A stretch of DNA of 44,239 nt, the filler included, from Catajapyx aquilonaris (Eukaryota): the NCBI GenBank assembly GCA_000934665.2. It is 2 parts of 2 records of this genome, joined end to end, with 100 filler letters (N's around TTAATTAATTAA, not from the genome) between each part and the next. Parts side by side here need not be neighbours in the genome. Positions count along the whole stretch, not along the records: positions 22,056 to 44,239 come from JYFJ02005943.1; 1 more part is not named here. One strand, written 5' to 3'. Both the position numbers and the translations under genes were made by a program. The notes below the pieces were generated by a model that worked only from the letters and a program-made list of their open reading frames with translations, made no database searches and had not been told where the DNA came from. Below, piece after piece: positions 37,163 through 44,239 of this stretch; the first letter of the stretch is position 1; each line of letters opens with the position of its first letter.

Positions 37163-37337
37163 GATCATCGATGACGCCACGTACCCAGCCAAAGACATGA
37201 TCTATTTTGACAGCACCCTGGACGGAACCAATCACGCCGAATCTGTGGGAATAATGCCCTTCTTGGTAGAAGGGGGGATCTCGATGTCGGCCCTAGACTT
37301 TGCCCTAGATGAATTCGCCGTGAAAAGGGCTGCCTAA
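37163..37337 (+). CDS. MDP-1-like gene, terminal coding exon
   Basis: ttttccctgctatag|G acceptor in phase 2; reads IIDDATYPAKDMIYFDSTLDGTNHAESVGIMPFLVEGGISMSALDFALDEFAVKRAA*. Collinear with recalled MDP-1 TGIPFSQMIFFDDE...LGV...GMNLQTLSQGLETF. Confidence 0.85.
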
Positions 37338-37543
37338 CCAGCTTCTGACCTACCACCTGCTACCACTTGTTCTTGTTTGTGTTTTTGTTGCATTTCAGTC
37401 CTTGGTGTGTGGCATGTCGAGGATCTCAGGGGCTCCTGGCAGGACCAGGGGGCCAAATCCTGGCTCCGGCATGGACTTTGACGTAACGGGTTGAGCACGG
37501 ACCAGGACTGCCGCATCAAGGCTCACATGTTCGCTAAATTGTA

Positions 37544-37618
37544 AATAAATTTCAATCGCCTTGTTGTTAGTATTAAATTAATCGTTCCCAAGCTAATGAA
37601 CTACTAATTATAAATAAA
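37544..37618 (+). terminator. Candidate polyadenylation signals for the MDP-1-like gene
   Basis: AATAAA at ~37544 and ~37613 and ATTAAA at ~37572, 200-280 nt after the stop codon. Confidence 0.4.
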
Positions 37619-37682
37619 AAATTTAATTCCCCATGAAAATAGCTTTACTGGTCCAAAAAAAGGAATTCCAAAAGTCTACCTA

Positions 37683-38403
37683 GTGGCCATATCAGGAACA
37701 AGTGCACATGATATGGCCACCCTTGTTCCATGTTCTACAAATCGTGATTTTTTCCAGTTTCATAGTCCAGTTCTGCTGAAATTAAATGATTTTGGTGTGA
37801 AATCAATAAACATGATACGAAATAATCCTTTTTGTTATTCGAAAGTGGATTCAAAACAGGAATTTCCCTTAAAAATGAGGTTGTTTGCAAACTTGACATG
37901 ACAATTTCTTTCAAAAACCAAAATGTGACATTATTCAAGAGAAGAGTACAAGACGAAAATGAGATTGTTAAAACAAATTACTGTTCGTAATTGGGACAAA
38001 TATAAATGTCTTTGTCAGTAGCAGTGACTGGGTGGCCATATCAGGAGCAGGTCAGCTTTTACGAAAATCGTTTTATTATGAACAACTCGTAAAACATACG
38101 CCATCAACGACAACACCAATCGAAAGAGCATTAAAAACTTAATAGCGTACGATGGTTTTCATGAAAAATGTATTTTAAAAACATGCATAAAACAAAGGAG
38201 ACGTACCTGAGAAAAACAAGAGGTCACACGAAAAACACGAAGCAGGCAACTGACGCCACATGGCTCAAACCTGGGTGGATGGTAAATGATCAAGTGACAC
38301 CACTTGGAGGCGCCCTCACTGGCTGCTGATGCCATATAGCGGATAACTCCCAATAGCGGGATGACCATATCAGGAACATGGCCATATCCGGGACATCCAC
38401 CTT
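37683..38403. mobile_element. DNA-transposon fragment with a repeated subterminal motif
   Basis: TGGCCATATCAGGA(A)C-like motif at ~37685, ~38034, ~38362, ~38378 and inverted at ~37710; only one plausible end (CCACCT|TA). Confidence 0.45.
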
Positions 38404-39344
38404 ACATATTTATGTATGCGGCCAACTGGCCAACCAGCTAGCGGGTAGCGGCTGCAAGTAACCGGTGGCGATTTAATATGCCAGAAAAAGCTCCCCATCC
38501 AGCCCCCCTCTTGCGGGAGGGAGCCAATGGGAGGCCTGGATTTAGGTCCTATTCTGTACTGTTGAGCTTTTGTAAATAGGCGTCCGGGCTACCTAACACA
38601 CGTCCACACCTCTGAGAACGCTTAAAATTTTCACACTGATGCTAAATCTGCATGTGGCTGAGGAAAAAGTCCGAAAACTGCACTTTTTAAATTCTAAATG
38701 CCGAAAATTAATTATTTATTTGGTTTGGAGGGAGCTTGGATGGGTGGCCGCCTTTGCTCAAGACCTTTGATCAAAAACGTCTCCCCACAGCCAAACCTCC
38801 AAAGCACAAAGGCACCTCGCCTGCGCGCCACCGTGCGGGAGGGCCGGGAAGCTCACAAGAGAGAGAGAGAGAGNGGGGGGGGGGGGTCAGAGCTCCCTCG
38901 AGAGAGCGCAGCGCATGCGCCGTTCCGTTCATCGCCGATCCGATCACTCCATCGGATAACTGCTACTCCGTAGCAGCTACTGCCATTCCGCTATCCTGCT
39001 ATCATATACGGATGTAGTCATCACATCCGTACGTAGGGCTGTATACGTGAAGATAGGGCTGCATACGCTGAAGATAGGGCTGTATCCGCAACGAGTGAAG
39101 GTTAGGTTAGGTTAGGTTGGGTTAGTACAGTGCCGTGCACAATAGCATATAACAAGTGTAAACAACGACTCCGGCGATACCTGGCAACTGGGCGTGTTCG
39201 GACATCGGCATGTGGAGAGTGCTTAGCGTTCTGTCTGTCGTTGCCACTGTTTACAGGTAGCGATTGATGCTGGGCGACGTATATAGCGAACGGTGTGTGC
39301 ATGCTTACCAATGCATGGCATCGGAATAAGCGGGCGGAGGGGGA

Positions 39345-39423
<79 letters not shown>

Positions 39424-39480
39424 TTATTACCCCATTGGGATTTACCATATCCTTTAGGGGGGTGGATTACCACCATCGAA
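39345..39480 (-). repeat. (ATT)n microsatellite adjoining a retroposon 3' fragment
   Basis: ~26 ATT units, then TTAGGGGGGTGGATTACCACCAT shared with ~5912-5935. Confidence 0.7.
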
Positions 39481-40856
39481 AATTGGAGCCATATAAGAAG
39501 ATCTTATTTAATTACTCCAGGGTAGGTAGGAGGGGATGTGCAAAGTGCAGGTGCAATGTCTCTAACGGGTGGCTTAGGGCTGCAAAATGAACGCCCGCCT
39601 GCAAGTACTTGCAGTAAACAAGTTACCTGCGTTCGGTCTCCATAGTTACAATGCGAGCTAAAAAGAACACCGTTTTCGTGCGGCTGCAAATGTTGCGGTC
39701 GGACTGCAAGTAGGCAGGTTTGGAAATACGGAAACCGCCAGGAGGGAAGCCATATCATGACGTCACGTTTGTTATACCTATTGTTATACCCATTGTTATA
39801 GTACCTAGGCTAACCTAGTATGCCGATCGGGTATCCCTCCAATGGAAAAGCTCAGCACCCCCAAAAAATCGAACGCCGCCAGGCGGCACTGCTGTCGACA
39901 GATGTTCACCCCCCCTGCCTGCCGCTTACGGCGGGCTGCATGGACGCGGGTAGTTTTATGCCTACAATTATTGCGGTTTATTGTGCTCGGATAATTATCA
40001 TTATTTTTTGCGGTAGACTTTAAACCATAACTAACTGTTCGGTGCAGGTCCATCGTCTGGGGGGACATGCTGGAGTGTGAGAGAGAAGCTCTAAATGTGG
40101 CTATCTGAACCTGCAGCACAAAATTATCTCTGTAGCATTCTTCATATATGCGGATCTTTCAGCTTTGAATATGGGCCCTCCACTCCACCTTGACTTAATG
40201 TAAGCATTATGGGGATAGGTGTTCAGTGTAACACCACCACTACCATAATCATCATCATCACATATATCTTTCATATATCACAGAATATATTATGGTCCAG
40301 AGCCGCCCGCCATCCAATGACAGCCCAATAATGTACATGGTCACAATTTATTTTTCATCGTCATCCATTGTCAGTGGTCCAGTCAAAGATAAAGCACAAT
40401 ATTTCGATACAATTGGGTCCCACCAAGTTATAGTAATATAGGATTATTCAGACCCGGCTGCGAGTTTTAACGCGGCTATTATTTTGGCAGACAGTATATT
40501 TAGAGGTAGCTATAATAACTGATAGGAACAAGCTCCAGATTTTTTTGCCTGACATTTGGGGCGAAACTGCATTGTGATATCAGTTATTCCATAGTAGTTA
40601 TATTGGTTACATCACACATACAAGTTATAACCAATATATTACTATCATACTACCATAGTTACATTGGCTATGTTAGTCATATTAGTTATAAGTTATAACT
40701 AATATAACTGTCATACTACTGTTGTTATAATGGTTATATCAGACATACTGGTTACATTGGTTACATCATACAAGTTATAACCAATGTGCGTAACATACAA
40801 CTACCATAATATCCAATATAACTCAGTTATATTGTCGTACAGGTTTATTGGTTATA

Positions 40857-41049
40857 CAGGGTGTTCAAAATTCGTGGGTAGGTTTTTATAACTGATATCA
40901 CCCAATAGTAGTTATTTTTGGGGCTTGTTGTGCTCCATTTTACTCCCAGGGGGTCGAGTTGCTATATAGAATGGGCCATCTGGTTAGGGGCACAACAAGC
41001 TACAAATAATAACTAATATAAAAACGAGCCACGAATTTCGAACACCCTG
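40857..41049. mobile_element. Mariner-type MITE (~190 bp) in the left arm, mirrored at 42124-42314
   Basis: TA|CAGGGTGTTCAAAATTCGTGG ... CCACGAATTTCGAACACCCTG|TG. Confidence 0.8.
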
Positions 41050-41145
41050 TGTATCCATCATACTGGCTATAACCAATGTAGCAATCATACTAGCTATATT
41101 CGTTATATCAGCCATACTATTAGGCTACATTACATTAGCTATATA

Positions 41146-42024
41146 CAGGGTGTTGCAAGTTCGTGGGTCACTTTTCTTATGACCAAATTTGGTATACCGT
41201 CGTAATAAAGGTACCCCCCGACGAAGAAACTGCGTGGGGCGTTCGAAGACACTTCCGTGGTCGCTCAGAACTCTCCCGCCGAAAATGTACCCGGACCAAA
41301 AGTGACCAGTATAGTGTCCAAGTGAAGATTTCCCCACTACAAAAGCGACTGCAAGTCACTTGCGGGACCCCTCAACCTGCCTGCAACTTGTGGCTGCAAG
41401 TCTGCAATCTGCAGGCCGACTTGCAGCCTGCAAGGGTGTTCGTTTTCGCGCCCTCCCGCAAACCGCAGGTAACCCAGGTAACGTAAACACTTTGGCGGCT
41501 GCAACTTTCCAGGCGGGCGTTCATTTTGCAGCCCTTAGTCTATCGGAAATTGCCACCCGAAATGAAGCCAGAGATGGCCCAACTCTGCACGGATCAAGGT
41601 GGGAACCCAGGGTGGGGATCGAACCTGAGACCTTAGGACTGCAAAATGAACGCCCCCCTGGAAAGTTGCAGCCGCCAAAGTGTTTACATTACCTTGGTTA
41701 CCTGCGGTTTGCGGGAGGGAGCGAAAACGAACACCCTTGCAGGTTGCAAGTCGGCCTGCAGATTGCAGACTTGCAGCCACAAGTTGCAGGCAGGTTGAGG
41801 GGTCCCGCAAGTGACTTGCAGTCGGTTTTGTAGTGGGGAAATCTTCACTTGGACACTGTACTGATCACTTTTGGTCCGGGTACATTTTCGGCGGGAGAGT
41901 TCTGAGCTACCACGGAAGTGTCTTCGAACGCCCCACGCAGTGTCTTCGTCGTGGGGTACCTTTATTACGACGGTATACCAAATTTGGTGATAAGAAAAGT
42001 GACCCACGAACTTGCAACACCCTG
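41146..42024. mobile_element. Mariner-type foldback at the palindrome core, enclosing a CACTAC...GTAGTG module (41335-41835) with CTGCAA/TTGCAG repeats
   Basis: TA|CAGGGTGTTGCAAGTTCGTGGG ... CCCACGAACTTGCAACACCCTG|TA; a diverged fragment of the core occurs at ~39575-39750. Confidence 0.7.
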
Positions 42025-42894
42025 TATATAGCTAATGTAATAATAGTATGGTTGATATTACGAATATAGCTAGTATGATTGCTATATTGGTTATAGCAGG
42101 TTATAGCCAGTATGATGGATACACAGGGTGTTCGAAATTCGTGGCTCGTTTATATATTAGTTATTATTTGTAGCTTGTTGTGCCCCTAACCAGATGGCCC
42201 ATTCTATAGCAACTCGACTCCCTGGGAGTAAAATGGAGCACAACAAGCCACAAAAATAACTACTATTGGGTGATATCAGTTATAAAAACCTACCCACGAA
42301 TTTCGAACACCCTGTATAACCAATAAACCTGTATGACAATATAACTGAGTTATATTGGTTATTATGGTAGTTGCATGTTACGCACATTGGTTATAATTAA
42401 CTTGTATGATGTAACCAGTATGTCTGATATAACCATTATAACAACAGTAGTATGACAGTTATATTAGTTATAACTAATATGACTAACATAGCCAATGTAA
42501 CTATGGGGTTATGATAGTAATATATTGGTTATAACTAGTATGTGTGATGTAACCAATATAACTACTATGGAATAACTGATATCACAATGCAGTTTCTCAC
42601 CAAATATCAGGCAAAAAATCTGGAGCTTGTTCCTATCAGTTATTATAGCTACCTCTAAATATACTGTCTGCCAAAATAGCCGCGTTAAAACTCGCAACCC
42701 GGGTCTGAATAATCCTATATATTGTTATAACTTGGTGGGACCAAATTGTATCAAAATATTGTGCTTTATCTTTGACTGGACCACTGACAATGGATGACGA
42801 TGAAAAATAAATTGTGACCATGTACATTATTGGGCTGTCATTGGATGGCGGGCGGCTCTGGACCATAATATATTCTGTGATATATGAAAGATAT

Positions 42895-44239
42895 GAGGCA
42901 TTCCACGTCAAGCGGGCCACCTTCCGACAAATCTTCGAGGACTTTGACCAAATTGTAATGACATGTACTACTCATCGACCTATGCCGGAAGCCAAAATAT
43001 TATACCTCTGCGTTGCGTGGTTGCGTAACTACAGGGTGCGGAATCTACCAATTTATGCGGATTTTTGCAACGCATGCAGTCACTTGGATTACCATAACTC
43101 CCAGAGGATAAGTGCAAATGCTAAACTTGATGTATGCGTTGGATACGTATTTTAACGCTCTATAAGTTGGCCATACCGATGATTGAGAGAATCAAAAATT
43201 TAAAGTCAAAAATTGGCGCTCCAATTTTGATTTTGATTTTTCTCAAACTTGGACATTTTTGATTTTTTTTTAATGACTCTTAAAATGAAGCTGAACATGT
43301 CTGGCCGTAATTTTCGAAAACTCCCCGAGACCGAAATTGGTCTTTCTCGCGCTATAAGCCGCAACGCAACCCGTGTACGGATTTTTGCTTAGCATGCAGT
43401 CACTTGGATTACCATAACTCCCAGAGGACAAGTGCAAATGCTAAACTTGATGTATGCGTTGGATACGTATTTTAACGCTCTATGAGATGGCCATACCGAT
43501 GATTACGAGAATCAAAAATTTAAAGGCAAAAATTGGCGCTCCAATTTTGATTTTGATTTTTCTCAAACTTGGACGTGTTTGATTTTTTTAAATAAGTCTT
43601 AAAATGAAGCTGAACATGTCTGGCCGATATTTCCGAAAACTCCCCGAGACCAAAATTGGTCTTTCACGCGCGATAAGCCAAAACGCAAACCGTGTGCATG
43701 CACGTGGACCATCCAAGCGAATATCTATCGTTTGTACTGATCTGAAATAAATCATAAGTGCCTACGTCATGCGTATATGCTAATATGACAGAACTCGAGC
43801 TCTCTAAGTACCGGGTACAGTGGGAGTATAATTTGACACCAAACACTGACATGATTAGATCTGTCCAATGCAGTACTAGTGTATTGCTCTTTGTTGGTCA
43901 CTTATGATTTATTTCAGATCAGTACAAACGATAGATCTTCGCTTGGATGGTCCACGTGCATGCACACGGTTTGCGTTTTGGCTTATCGCGCGTGAAAGAC
44001 AAATTTCGGTCTCGTAGAGTTTTCGGAAATATTGGCCAGACATTTCCAGCTTCATTTTAAGAGTCATTCAAAAAAAATCAAAAACGTCCAAGTTTGAGAA
44101 AAATCAAAATCAAAATTGGAGCGCCAATTTTTAACTTTAAACTTTTGATTCTCGTAATCATCAGTATGGCCATCTCATAGAGCGTTAAAATACGTATCCA
44201 ACGCATACATCAAGTTTAGCATTTGCACTTGTCCTCTGG
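42895..44239. mobile_element. Foldback element (possibly Sola-like) with ~320-bp tandem units in its arm; runs off the window
   Basis: Begins ATAT|GAGGCATTCCACGTCAA; direct units at ~43060 and ~43380; ~43420-43760 is the reverse complement of ~43900-44239. Confidence 0.75.

Larger units (their letters stand above)
40264..42894. repeat. 2.6-kb near-perfect palindrome: ~1.27-kb arms, ~100-bp spacer (~41536-41631)
   Basis: 40264-41535 is the reverse complement of 41632-42894 with scattered substitutions and small indels; mirrored ORFs appear in the track. Confidence 0.95.

Noticed and set aside
39100..39125. Telomeric (TTAGG)n
   Set aside because: Only ~5 imperfect units; such short tracts are common inside insect repeats.
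39102..39525. Poly-Ile ORFs, and similar YIHT/LLTY ORFs at 23.6-24.7 kb
   Set aside because: Microsatellite translations.
41600..41635. tRNA gene in the palindrome spacer (and at ~6060-6130)
   Set aside because: Only a B-box-like motif; no cloverleaf could be folded, so more likely SINE-derived.
41125..42069. Paired ORFs on opposite strands
   Set aside because: Mirror images produced by the palindrome; no recognisable domain.

Overview
Repeat-dense eukaryotic DNA, most likely insect/arthropod (spliceosomal introns, tRNA-SINEs, an RTE LINE, many MITEs). Almost all ORFs in the supplied track are spurious. Layout: (1) 1-16164 is a tandem segmental duplication (copies of ~9.3 kb and ~6.1 kb plus partial copies) carrying decayed minus-strand LRR-like exons and several foldback MITEs; (2) 16.2-19.2 kb holds minisatellites, Pro/Gln-rich exon-like blocks and foldbacks; (3) a disrupted RTE-clade LINE runs into an assembly gap; (4) 24-32.7 kb is nested non-autonomous DNA transposons (pogo/Tigger-, P-, hAT-like, Helitron, V-SINE). 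(5) The main finding is a spliced plus-strand gene that the ORF track misses, with exons 30566-30593 (tentative), 32776-32896, 33354-33593 and 37163-37337. It encodes a ~187-aa protein resembling magnesium-dependent phosphatase 1 (MDP-1, HAD family) that lacks the catalytic motifs and has a signal-peptide-like N-terminus; a composite Academ transposon sits in its last intron. (6) The window ends with a 2.6-kb near-perfect palindrome and a further foldback running off the edge. All homology calls are by eye from recalled family motifs; no searches were run.
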